From contig OX597815.1 in assembly GCA_951406725.2 (NCBI GenBank), forward strand, positions 13,640,001 through 13,704,000: DNA of 64,000 bases. Reading direction: 5' to 3'. Origin of the DNA: Octopus vulgaris (taxonomy: Eukaryota). The position numbers were made by a program, and so were the translations under genes. The notes under the pieces are model-generated. The model did no database searches and was not told where the DNA came from. It was given only the letters and a program-made list of their open reading frames with translations. Positions 27,932 through 41,663 of this stretch are shown here, one piece after another (within the stretch, counting starts at the first letter, position 1; each line of letters opens with the position of its first letter).

Positions 27932-28145
27932 GGGGGAGTTTGTGTGTCTGTATTTGTCCCCCTAGCATTGCTTGACAACTGATGCTGGTGTGTTTACGTC
28001 CCCGTCACTTAGCGGTTCGGCAAAAGAGACCGATAGAATAAGTACTGTGCTTACAAAGAATAAGTCCCGGGGTCGATTTGATCGACTAAAAGCGGTACTC
28101 CAGCATGGCCGCAGTCAAATGACTGAAACAAGTAAAAGAGTAAAA
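27710..28145 (+). mobile_element. SINE family 1 copy
   Basis: Matches 38-423. Confidence 0.92.
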
Positions 28146-29380
28146 ATAAAGAGAGAGTATAATCACGATGTGCGTATGCATATTTATATCGCAGTGTTTG
28201 TTTACATCAAAGCGCCCTACACTTTCAGTTTGGGTGAACTTAAGCAGACATTTGGTATCTGACTATTTCAATATACTCTCAATATCTCCCTATTCCCATA
28301 TTTCACTTAATTTACTATTTGAACTTCCGTTTAGTATATTCTGATTCCTTGGTTAGGGACACTCTCGAAGCTGGAGAATTTCTCCTTTCATTGTTCTCAT
28401 GGAGACCACTGCACGAAATCTAAAACAACAAAATCTGAACACTTTTGGCAAAGCACAGCGTACCTTCACTCGAGAATCGCCACGTTTCCTGAAACTGTGG
28501 TGACATCTTGGTGAAAGGTAATCTACGAATAAATTACGCAACATTGTTTCCTATAAAACATTGAAATCTTAATAGGATGTACATTTCTTTAATTCTTAAT
28601 TTAGAATAACAAGATGTATACACACACACACACACGCACACACACAAGAGATATTAGAATGTAAATTTTCTATTCGAAAATTTTATGTATTTTATTATCT
28701 ACTGCATTAAATAATAAAAAAAAAATAGAATCCAATATATATTTATTGTTTCCTATCTGTCATATTCAAACAATATTTACGTATATATACTCAACAAGAT
28801 TCTTGAGATTTGCTAATTCTTCAAGGATTCTGTCGTCGTTGTGAAATGTAAAGTGGAAAATGCTGCAATTTGAAAACTTTTTGCATTACATTCATTTGCA
28901 TGTTAAAATATAATTTTATGTTAGAAATCCAGAATTATAAATTTTTCTTAACTCACATATCCATAGGAAACGTAGAAGATTATATCACATTCATACATTT
29001 CTCGCTTGAAATATCATCTTAGATGAAATCAAATGGCATAATTTCACCATTTTCCCTCTCTTTCCCCAAAATTTTTCCTCATAACAATCTGAAATAGAAA
29101 TTAAGTGAACTACTGCATATGACACTTTCAAGAAATTATTGTCAATCGTCGGCACTCTACGTGATGTGGTTTTGAAAATAGCTAAATCAAAATTAATGGA
29201 CTGACTTATTAAATCAATATTAGTTTGAAATATGAAATGAGTCATAAAACCAGACAGGTATAAGTTAATGTATACATATTGAGAAATGACATGTGCTTCA
29301 GTCAAAAGTAGCTTCATATGCCCACACAAGCACACAAATACACACGCATGCACACGTGCATACATACATATGTATATATA

Positions 29381-30487
29381 TTAGGTTGTCCGGAAAGTTC
29401 GTGTTGATTTATAGTAGCTTACATTTCGACTTATTTTAAACATATTTGAATCCATAAAATAGGATTTGACTACACCTCCATTTAGAGCACAGTTTAAGCT
29501 ATCTTTTCGTGGGAGAATGTTTATTTCCCTATAATCTGCATTATTTTTGTAACCCTTTAAATTGGAAGATAAGGAACTTCATTTTCCGCTATTGATGCTT
29601 TTCTGTTTCCGTAAAGAGAAAAATGCCTCTCAAGCAACCAAAGAAATATGCGCAGTTTACGGTGATGTTTCGTCATCCGAAAGAACTGTACGGAAGTGGT
29701 TCACAATGTTCCGAGCTGGAGATTGTAGCCTTATTGATAAAGAGCGATTAGGCAGACCATCCACAACAGATGATGATGAAGTTATTGAGAATAACCCGCA
29801 TTACACAACCCGAGAATTGGTAGAAAGCCTCAACCTATCAAAATCCGTCGTTCATGAGCACCTGGTAAAGCTTCGGTACACAAATCGCTACGATATTTGT
29901 GTACCACATGAGTTGAGTGAGAAGAACCTTTTGGATTGCATTTCCATCTGCGATTCGCTTTTTAAAAGCAAATTGTGACAGGTGATGAGAAATGGATTAT
30001 CTACCGAAATGTTCAGAGAAAGTGATCCTGGAGTAAGCGACGTGAGCCACCCTTAGCCACCCCATAAGCAGGTCCTCACCCTAAAAAATCTTGCTTTTTG
30101 TCTGGTGCGAAAGGAATTCTGTACTATCAGCTTCTCCCAAGTAATCAGACAATTAATCTGGGAATTACAGCACACACACAAGAGAAACGTCTGGAATTGG
30201 TCAACAGGACGGGTGTTATTTTCCACCTTTTCTTTGGGAACCAAACAAAAATATTTGCAGATAGGCTGGGATGTGTTATCCCATCATCCATATTCACCAG
30301 ATATTGCTCTTTCGGATTTCCACTTATTCAGGTCCCTGTAGAATAGCCTTAATGGTAAAAATTTCAATTCTTTGGCTGACGTAAAAAGATACCTTGATGA
30401 ATTCTTTGCCATGAAACTACCTCAATTCTGGGAAGAGGGTATTTTCAAGTTAAAGGAAAGATGGAGATACATTGTGCAACGAAATGG

Positions 30488-30492
<5 letters not shown>
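29381..30492 (+). mobile_element. Mariner (Tc1/mariner) transposon, pseudogenised, right end lost
   Basis: TA plus a TIR-like TTAGGTTGTCCGGAAAGTTC; HTH region (TVRKWF..FR.GD.SL.D..R.GRP), CVPHEL (WVPHEL), IVTGDEKW, HHPYSPDIALSDFHLFRSL. Frameshifts and stops; ends in (TA)n. Confidence 0.93.
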
Positions 30493-30543
<51 letters not shown>

Positions 30544-30737
30544 GGATGTACGTACCTATCTATTTTTCACTATTCCTTGTTCTACCTAGCCATTTATATA
30601 TGTTGATAGATAGACTGAGATATAGATGTATGTACACATTCATGTGTACATGAACATACATAATTTTCAGTAAACTACATGCGTATGTTTCCTTGATAAA
30701 ACTTTCAATGTAACTATATAGCATCCATACATACTTT

Positions 30738-30773
<36 letters not shown>

Positions 30774-30855
30774 GCAAGGAAAAATTGTAAAAATGCAGAA
30801 TGCTCGGTGCGGTCAACACAGCCCCACCATTTATTGATCTATATTTATTGAGAGG

Positions 30856-32227
30856 GTGGTGAGATCTCGAATAACCCAATTTCTGGAAAGCAACAGACGG
30901 CTGATCTCTAACCAACATGGGTTCCGTAATGGAAGGGACTGCCTAACGCAGCTCCTGCATCACTTTGATGACAGTTTGAGAGCTTTGGGAGAGGGCTCCA
31001 ACACCGATGTCATCTACCTTGATTTCAGTAAGGCCTTCGACAGGGTCGATCACAATATCCTATTGAAAAAACTATCCAACATTGGTGTCTCTGGAAAGTT
31101 ACTGAAATGGATCAAGTGTTTCCTGACAGACAGATCTCAACATGTTGTAGTTGAAGGGGTAAAATCAAGCCCAGTCAAAGTCAGGGCCCCCTTCTTTTCA
31201 TCATTTACATTAATGACATTAATGACATCATCAAGCACAGCAACATAAAAATCTTTGCAGATGATTCCAAGCTACAGAAGGTCATAAATGAGGCGAGTGA
31301 CCGGACATGCCTTCAGTCAGATCTACTGGCTGTTATCCAATGGGCAGAAAAAAACAATATGCTGCTGAACGAGGATAAATTTGAGTTAATCCACTTTGGA
31401 TAAGAGGATGCCCTGAACCTCCCATACTCCAACAACCTCCAACAACCCTGAACCTCCAACAACATCAGAGACTTGGGAGTAATTGTGGACAACAACATAA
31501 GCTGGGCCACTCATATAAACACCAAAGTTGACATGACCCGCAGAATGTGTTCCTGGATTCTCAGAACTTTCCAGTCGAGAGATATCCACACCATTATCCT
31601 TCTCTTCTCCACTTTTGCCCGACCCCACCTTGAATACTGTTGTCCACTGTGGTCTCCCCACACAATAAAAGGTATCATAAAAGTTGAAGCACCTCAAAGG
31701 GCAATCACAAAAAAGATACATGGCATGACAGGCCTCGACTATTGGGGTCGACTAGAAAAGCTAAAGCTTTATTCTCTCCAACGTCGTCGTGAGCGCTACA
31801 TCATCTGCATGATGTGGAAAATATTCCATCAGCATTGCCCAAATGATGTTGGCATCACCTTTAAGGTACATCCAAGGCTTGGGCCCCGTGCCATCCGCCC
31901 AAAATAAAAATCGCACTCTCATCTCATAACAACAATACGGTACAATTATTTCACCTCAATTGGCCCCGCTCTCTTTAACATTACACCAAAACACATTAAA
32001 ACAGAAACTGACCCTATAGGGTTCAAGAAGTCTCTGGACAGATTTCTTCAAGAAATCCCGGATAAACCCCCTACACCCGGATATGTCTCTGTAAACAATA
32101 ACTCTCTACTTGAGTGGGCCATAGTGCCCAAATTCTGACTTGAAAGACTTCACCAGGTGGTGCTATTAAGTTAGACATGACCTGGGCCAATAATGGCCGA
32201 AACCTATCAAAGTATCAAAGTATCAAA

Positions 32228-32230
<3 letters not shown>
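30856..32230 (+). mobile_element. 5'-truncated CR1-like LINE (RT to 3' end), relatively young
   Basis: NQHGFRNGRDCLTQLL, DVIYLDFSKAFDRVDH, IFADDSKL, RPHLEYCCPLWSP, LYSLQRRRER. The GVPQG motif is deleted. (TATCAAAG)3 tail. Confidence 0.93.
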
Positions 32231-32278
<48 letters not shown>

Positions 32279-32294
32279 TATATATATATATGTT

Positions 32295-32590
32295 CTTTCA
32301 TTCTTTTGTTCTTTTACTTGTGACAGACATTTGACTGCGGTCATGCTGCCCGTTGTATAATGTGTGTATTTGTCTGTGTGTCTATAATTGTCACCCCATC
32401 ACCGATTCACCAACGGTGTTGGTGTGTTTAACTCCATGTATGTCAGCAGCTCGGCATAAAAGACTGATAGAATAAGTACAAGTTTTTTAAAAAAATAACA
32501 AGTCTGGGGTCGATTTATTCAACTAAAATCCTTCAAGGCACTGCTGCATCATGGTCGTAGTCAAATGACAAACATATAACAAAACCAAAG
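32295..32590. mobile_element. Degenerate SINE family 1 tail fragments in both orientations
   Basis: TTTTACTTG...TTTGACTGCGG (minus), followed by GATAGAATAAGTAC...GGGGTCGATTT...GTCAAATGAC (plus). Confidence 0.6.
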
Positions 32591-32816
32591 AATATGTATG
32601 TATGTATATATACCATGTGTGTGTATGTATGTGTGAATGTGTGTGTATACATGTGTGTTTGTGTTTGTGTAAGTATAATAAGTATGAAATGAACAGCTTC
32701 AAACAATGCAAAAAGTTTAAAAGACCTTTATATGTCAGGTGCAGCGGCTTATTTTCAGAAGAATACGGTCAAAGAAATGTGTATTTACATAGATACTACC
32801 ATTTGGGATAGCCCGT

Positions 32817-33123
32817 TTTTCACTTTGACCGGCAGATCTTTAAAATAATTTCTTTGTAACTAAACAATTTTAAGCTTCGTGTACTGGTAGTGCTGTTGAC
32901 AAAATACGGCAGATATTGTATTCACCTCAACAGACGTCATTGAGTGGTTGCAATTGCCGAAATGCAAGAAATTAAACAAGAAATAGCTTACAAACTACAG
33001 AATTTCCTCAAGAAAGTCAAGAGAAAAAGATGTTTTATGTGACACATTCTACCAGTATACGAAGTTTAAAAGTGTTTAGTTACAAAGGAATTATTTTAAA
33101 AAATCTGCCGGTCAAAGTGATCC
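32817..33123. mobile_element. MITE with ~70-bp TIRs and 8-bp TSD (Merlin- or Mutator-like)
   Basis: TIRs at 32821-32890 and 33049-33119 (CACTTTGACCGGCAGAT...); direct repeat TAGCCCGT at 32809 and 33124; right terminus reads GGATCAC on the reverse strand. Confidence 0.8.
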
Positions 33124-34088
33124 TAGCCCGTTGCTTATGCAAGCAGAAGCAGCTCACTAAACGCCGTGGAAATTGTTGCCGTAGAGGTGACATTGAGGAC
33201 GGTGGTAATCGAGATAGGGTAGTGTGGGTGTAGGTTGAAAGCAGTGGAGATAAATCCTGTTGTGTTAATGGCAGTCGCACTTGGTGTTGTCTACATCGGT
33301 GTAGTTGGCGAAGATGGTAGTGGTAAGTGCCGTGGCAGTAATACATGATAGCTAGGCAACGTGGTTGATAGATGGTGGTCAGCAACAAACATATGTCGCC
33401 GCGGCAGACAATAGCGGTGTTGCAGAATATATTGTTGATAGATAACAACAGTATTAGCTGCCTGGGTTTCGAGGGTGTTGGTCGTGGTTGCAGTGATATA
33501 GGACGTGTCTTGTAACACATATACAGGAGGCACCGATGCAACTTCAATCGTGTATTGATTTTTCGATTTAAGTCGGTCGATCAGGAACGCTTATTTGATA
33601 CGGATATTTCCCATGTTCCTCCCCGAGGAATTTTTGGCTTTCATTCATTATTCTACTTTTGAACAAAACTGCTCATCTCTCTCTCTTTCTTTCTTTCTCT
33701 CTCTCTCTCGCTCTCGCTCTCTCTCTCTGTATGTATGTTTGTATATATATATATAGACAATTAAATTAAGCAGCAGTTTAGCGATGTATCGCGAAAACGG
33801 AAAACTATAATTGTCATTGAATATATATGTGTGTTAGCATGGCCGCAGTCAAATGACTGAAACCACTAACAGAATATATATACATATACATACATATATA
33901 TATATATATATAATAAATATTAGGGAATAAATCCAAATTTACAGGGAAAAAAATCAGATTTAGGATTAAATCCAATTTTATAGTAAAATATTATATAATA
34001 TTATTAGAGACAAAACCACTATTTTGCAAAACAAACAAGGAAAGACTTAATCAATACATAAAATTTTAATAAAAAGTCAAAAAAACCG

Positions 34089-34131
34089 CCACTACAATTG
34101 TTTCTTGTCCTGATCGACAACCTTCAGGTGG
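34089..34131 (-). ncRNA. Type I hammerhead, core-mutant copy (CUGAAGG, A9G)
   Basis: Reverse complement of 34164-34206 except at position 34121. Confidence 0.85.
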
Positions 34132-34163
34132 ACTTCCTAATTTGAAACTGACTTATTGGAAGT

Positions 34164-34206
34164 CCACCTGAAGATTGTCGATCAGGACAAGAAACAATTG
34201 TAGTGG
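34164..34206 (+). ncRNA. Type I hammerhead ribozyme, intact core
   Basis: CCAC-CTGAAGA-TTGTC(GATCAG)GACAA-GAAA-CAATTG-TA-GTGG. Predicted GUA cleavage after 34202; palindromic stem/loop III. Confidence 0.92.
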
Positions 34207-34291
34207 CGGTTTTTTTGACTTTTTATTAAAATTTTATGTATTGATTAAGTCTTTCCTTGTTTGTTTTGCAAAATAGTGGTTTTGTCTCTAA

Positions 34292-34383
<92 letters not shown>

Positions 34384-34424
34384 AGAGAGAGAGAGAGTGA
34401 GAGAGGTACATATACACAATGTGT

Positions 34425-34568
34425 TTTTTCAATTTCATCTTTGAAATCCACTGACAAGTATTTGGTAGGCCAGAGACTATAGTTGAAAGCACTTGCCCAA
34501 GGTGTCAAGCAATGAGATTGAATTGGGAGCCATGTGGTTGAAAATCAAGTATCTTACTACACAGTCAT
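34425..34568 (-). mobile_element. Old diverged SINE family 1 head
   Basis: AAATCCACTGACAAG...CACTTGCCCAAGGTG...CCATGTGGTTG...CTTACTACACAGTCA. Confidence 0.65.
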
Positions 34569-34999
34569 GTATGTGTGTGTGTGTATGGTCATTTACACGG
34601 ATGTTTAGATTTAATATGATAAATGTTTACATGCCCGTTGAGTGGTAAGAGAGATAACAAATTAAATACATTTTCTTTCGGTCGCATGTCTACATCATAA
34701 ATTAAATCATTAAAGAAAGGAGTGAGGAATCATGACTATGAGAAATATGAAACGTGTGTGAAATCTGTTACGCCTTATTTGATATGTCGGTAAATGGAAT
34801 TAGGGAAACAGGGTTTTTTGCTGAAGAAAGAGAGCGACAAGTTGGGCTTAGGATTTGCAGGTATGTAGGTGTGTGTCGAAAGCACTTTTGGATTTTGAAT
34901 GTTTATGTGTGTTATTTAAAGAGAGAGCGCGTATGTGCTGGTTATATTCTATCGAATGTGTATGGTACGGTAAGAGAGGAGTAGTGCATCGGTGTTCGT

Positions 35000-35620
35000 G
35001 GTTTGTGTGTGTGTGTCTGTGTGCACGAATGTATGCGTGTGTATTCGTATACATTTGATTTCGTTTTACGTGTGAAGGATGGGTGCTGCGCTGCTGAAGT
35101 TAATGTCTTGTTGTCACGATGTTCACGTGTTTTTCTGGGGTTTTTTTTCGAAATTAACACGTGTGTATAGGATTTTGTATGAGCAGTTTGTGCTTTTTCG
35201 TATGTGTGTCTTACGGATATGATGCGTGTGTGTTTGTATGAGATAATAATGATGGGGGCTATGTAATAAGTTTTGTGAGCGCATTGCACTGTGCGCATGT
35301 ATATATAGATGCATAGTTCGGTTGCTATTTGAGAACGTTTAATGTGTATCTTTATGTTCCGTTTATTGAGAATGTTTAATGTGTATTTTTATGTTCCGTT
35401 TGGAGTTTGAGGTGCATTCTGTATAACGTATTATTTAAATGTGCGTATACGATGATTAGCAGCTCAGTATGTGTATGTTCTTTGTGAATCAGAACATATG
35501 CGTTTGTGTGTCTTTCTTATACTTGCATCATGGATTTCATTTGCTTGTGTATGTGAATTTTTAGGTGTAGATAAGAGTCTTGGTGTCAGTGATAAAGCGT
35601 GATAATTCTTTGTGTTTATT
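35000..35620 (-). mobile_element. Possible highly decayed Penelope GIY-YIG fragment
   Basis: Weak I/VY..TV.C..KTYYI...HTRI-like pattern in ORF 34942-35298; A/C-rich strand as in the other PLE remnants here. Confidence 0.3.
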
Positions 35621-35656
<36 letters not shown>

Positions 35657-36617
35657 TGTTGCTTTTAGTTCTGTCTGTGTTATCTGTGTCATCGGAATAT
35701 GTGTGTGCGGATATGTGAGGTGATTAAAACGAGGATTATATGGGGGTGTTTATAGTTTATGTATATTTATATAAGTATATTATTCTGTAGAGTAAAGGAA
35801 CTTTTTTTAATTATAAGTATTCTGAATCAACTACGAGAAACTATGTAACTTGCGTCGTGTTACACTTCGTGTTTGCTAAAATACTAAATAATATGGAGAA
35901 GTCCAGTGCACATGAAATATATCAACTCTGCTCGAACAATGCAATCAATGAAATAAATTTCACTTATTAATTCACTCAAACATACTTAATACAAGTTCTT
36001 ATGGTCAAGAAACAGCGAATTGTTAATAGTCGAGAAATATTGCAAAGCAGATGAATAATTCTTATAGTGGCTCTTGCGAAGTACTCAGTCATATGCCTGT
36101 AAGCAGTGTCAAATGGAGCACTAGATATAGATAGAGACATTTTTCTATGGCTAGGACAAGAAGGTGGTTGATTACAACACTGTGACGGTTGTGCGTTCAC
36201 TGCAATAATATAGCAGAGAGTAGAAAGTGTTTGTGTGTATATGTCAGTATATGGCGTGTATGTATATGTATGTATACACACAAATAAATGCGTGTGTATT
36301 TGTTAGTATATGAGCAAGTAAGTTTATATATATATTAATACATAAATATATGTATTTATATATATATATATATATATGTGTGTATATATATATACATATA
36401 TATAATAAATATTTAATGCAAACTTATACACACACGCTTATATATATAATTATATATATATATATATTTATTTATTTATTTACATGCAAACATCTATCAA
36501 GCATCTATATATACGTACGTATATGTATATATACATACACACACATACATATATATATATACACGAATTTATAAATAAGTGTATATACATGCATACATGT
36601 ATATATATGTATATATA

Positions 36618-36682
<65 letters not shown>

Positions 36683-36733
36683 GTGTATATATATATACAT
36701 ATATATATATATATGTGTTTTATATATATATAT

Positions 36734-36829
<96 letters not shown>

Positions 36830-37344
36830 ACTCTTAGAAAATGTGATATGTTAAGGTAGCGAGAAGTCAAATGGCTTCAACATTCTATGATGGATTAGTT
36901 TCCTGCATGAAAAGAGTTTGAAAACGATGATATATGAGATATGCTCTGGTTCAATATCCTGCACATATGAAAGCAAACACACGGTTGTCTAAAAAAAAAG
37001 TGCTGTTACTCTCCAATACTATGTTGATATTATCAACAATTTCCGATACTATTAATAAATGTGTAACTAATATATATTTAATTAGCATAATTTACACAGA
37101 TATTTGCTCGATTCAGGCCGATATATACATACAAAATATCTCAACAGATAGAGTGAAAGTGCACCTATATTGAATATCAATATAACTTCATATAATGTAC
37201 GCAAAAAAAAACTAGTTGAATGCGAAAATATTTATTACTTAAACTTGGCGTATGCATCTGTATAGATACTTATATATGCGTGTTTGTCTATAAGTGATAT
37301 GTTTTGAGTATTCTTCCATTTTTCCATGAGTAGGTTTTCACGGC

Positions 37345-37402
<58 letters not shown>

Positions 37403-37559
37403 GGACAGTGACAAAGAGTCGGGTGAATAGTTTGAAATATATAACTTATGATTGTGTAATCAAACTTTACATCGGCATTTTTAAGCGTATGGTTAAGAGG
37501 GATTTAAATATCATTGTTATGACCATCATTATCATAATCTTCACCATCATCAACATTCA

Positions 37560-38200
<641 letters not shown>

Positions 38201-38252
38201 ATGCGTAGAATGTACTGAATATATTGTCAAATATATATCGTTGAGCGAACGA

Positions 38253-38301
<49 letters not shown>

Positions 38302-39291
38302 TTCTAAATATGCATTTATATCTAAGAATTTAAGTACCTTCTTGGAAAACATCGATATGATTTCAGCCTATTCCATTAACGTTACATCGTCGTAATAATG
38401 TACACTTAAGAAGCGTAACGAAAACCTCCAAGTGGGAGAATCTTTTACTAGATTCAAATGCAAAATGCCCAAGTTTCTTCAGTTTAACTATTCCGTATCA
38501 ACTTAAAACATTTTCTTATTTACTTAATGTGCGAACGTAATTTGTGATAGAGATGAGTGGAATTTTAAAAGTACTACATTTATTAGTACAATAATAGATA
38601 GATATCTAAAACCACACTTTGTATATTTATCTTTGAAGAGAGCACCGGATATGCCCCAATGGAAATATGAAAGTAGATTTCAATCAGTTTACGAAAAAGA
38701 AACAAGAAGAATAATTCCTAGCGCTACTTAAAAGTTATAGCCGTGCTATGAAACGAATTAAAATTTTACATTGTGAGAGAAATTTAAACATCAAATTATG
38801 AATGCATTAAGATATAATCGAAAACCAGCTGCGAAAAATATAATGGTGAGTAAACTGATTTTTAATAGCTAATAGAGGCATTTGTGAAATTTGCGAGTGT
38901 GTATATTATATATATATATACACTCTCCTATTACACACACATCACTCAAACGCGCACACACACACACACATATATATATTGAATGATTAATTATCTCTAG
39001 GTTTCTTTCTCCGTAAGTTTGTCGATAGTATTCAGAATATCCATTCTATGCTCTGATATTTTAGCTATTTAATTATGTGTGATACAGTGAAATGGTCTCG
39101 TTGCAGAATGTTACTGGTATGCCGAAGTTTTAGCTGCCGTTTCTATCACGCCCCATTGCTGTTAATATTTGTTTCTTAGTCATATGGCTCTAAATTTTAC
39201 GATAATTTATGCATTCTGTCTGAAAACATGTGTCTAGTAATCCCGAAGTTTGTAACAAAAAATTGACGGGGTTTGTAAAGAAATGTAAAGT

Positions 39292-39457
39292 AGGCGCAGG
39301 AGTGGCTGCGTGGTAAGTAGCTTGTTTACCAGCCACATGGTTCCGGGTTCAGTCCCACTGCGTGGCATCTTTGGCGAGTGTCTTCTACTATAGTCTCGGG
39401 CCGACCAAAGCCTTGTGAGTGGATTTGGTAGACGGAAACTGAAAGAAGCCCGTCGTA

Positions 39458-39501
<44 letters not shown>

Positions 39502-39722
39502 TGTGTGTGTTTGTGCGTCTGTGTTTGTCCCCCTTAGCATTGCTTGACAACCGATGCTGGTGTGTTTATGTCCCCGTTACTTAGCGGTTCGGCAAAAGAG
39601 ACCGATAGAATAAGTACTGGGCTTACAAAAGAATAAGTCCCGGGGTCGAGTTGCTCGATTAAAAGGCGGTGCTCCAGCATGGCCGCAGTCGAGTGACTGG
39701 AACAAGTAAAAGAGAGAGTAAA
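39292..39722 (+). mobile_element. SINE family 1 copy
   Basis: Matches 38-423. Confidence 0.92.
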
Positions 39723-40483
39723 TACTGAAATATTTAACCCAAACAGTCCAATGAAAGTATCATCAAAATTTCTGATATAATCTTAAAGTAAGATATGATG
39801 TGGGAAAATACATAACCCATCAAATTTATTTTATTACTCTACTGTTATTGCGTCGAGTTCGGCCATATTTTGTTCGGCCATATTTTGGTAACACGCTGAA
39901 TCATTATCACGCTTGGCCAAAATGCTTAGCGACATTTCGTCTGTCTATACGTTTTCAGGTCAAAATCCTTCGTGGTTTATTTTGCTATTCATCCGTTCAG
40001 CGTCGGTAAGATAACTGTCTGTGGAGTACCGCGGTCGATCTAATTATACTATGAAAGACGTTACTTGTCCAAAGCAACATATACTTGGATTTTCTACATA
40101 GAAAGACGTTGCAATGGAACATCTTAATCCCGCAGCCAAAACTGAAACAATGCTCTCCGTTTCAATACCACAATAATATTTGCTGTATCTTTATGTTACT
40201 CTAAACATGTTTCTCCTACAGCTGGTTATAAGGATCATCACTTTATTTAAGTTGTGTCTCACCATGTAGGTTTCTGTCTTTCATCAACATACGGTTGCAG
40301 AACCTAGAAGCATGTACCGTCTAAACAGGCACATGGATTAATTTAATACAAGATGTGAACAAATCAGTAACGATTTTATGATAATAGAGTCTGAAGCATT
40401 CAAAAAATTCAGGCATTCTAAAGCTGGTATGCAAAAATAATCATTTTTTGCTACTATTAGAAATATCACTGAATGGATTCGTC

Positions 40484-40562
<79 letters not shown>

Positions 40563-40945
40563 CTCTTTCCCTCCGCTCTCATTCATACTCTCTCTACGTG
40601 TCGGAGTAACTCTCACACTTCTGATAATGAGCGTAATCACGTACTTTTTTTTACAACTTAACTACGTATCAGAATAAATAATTATTTATATTAAGTTTAT
40701 ATAGTACATGTGAAGTGATTAATTTTTATCTTGTAATCCATGTTCCCTACTTTCACACAATTGCATTGCACATAAATTGATTTGGATATAACGAGATTAA
40801 TTATAAATAATCGATAATTGATTCGCAGAGCCACTTAATTCAGTACTGTATTCCCAATTTTCAATACGCTTGCAGAATTATATATTGACCTACTTGAATT
40901 TATACACACACACACACGCACTCATACAGACATACATACACATGC

Positions 40946-41003
<58 letters not shown>

Positions 41004-41098
41004 AAATTAGAGACAAAACCACTATTATGCAAATCAAACAAAGAAAGACTTAAGCCAATACATAAAATAATTTATAAATTAAAATTTAACAAATGAAT

Positions 41099-41150
41099 AA
41101 CCACTACGATCGTTTCGTGTCAGCACATCTTAGACATTCTGCAGGTGGTT
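41099..41150 (-). ncRNA. Type I hammerhead, core-mutant (CUGCAGA), in a solo PLE arm at 40998-41180
   Basis: AACCAC-CTGCAGA-aTGTC(taagatgtgct)GACAc-GAAA-CGATCG-TA-GTGGTT. Flank TTAGAGACAAAACCACTATT is shared with the 33992-34303 arms. Confidence 0.8.
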
Positions 41151-41177
41151 TCTAAACCTTCTTAGCGAGTTATAAAC

Positions 41178-41208
<31 letters not shown>

Positions 41209-41263
41209 AGTTACATAATACATAATGTACATATGCATGGTTATATATATATATACACATATA

Positions 41264-41663
<400 letters not shown>

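Larger units (their letters stand above)
33912..34303. mobile_element. Penelope-like foldback unit: 146-bp inverted arms, 20-nt spacer, left extension, flanked by (TA)n
   Basis: Arms at 33992-34137 and 34158-34303 with one mismatch; each arm carries a hammerhead reading outward. A related single arm is at 40998-41180. Confidence 0.85.
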
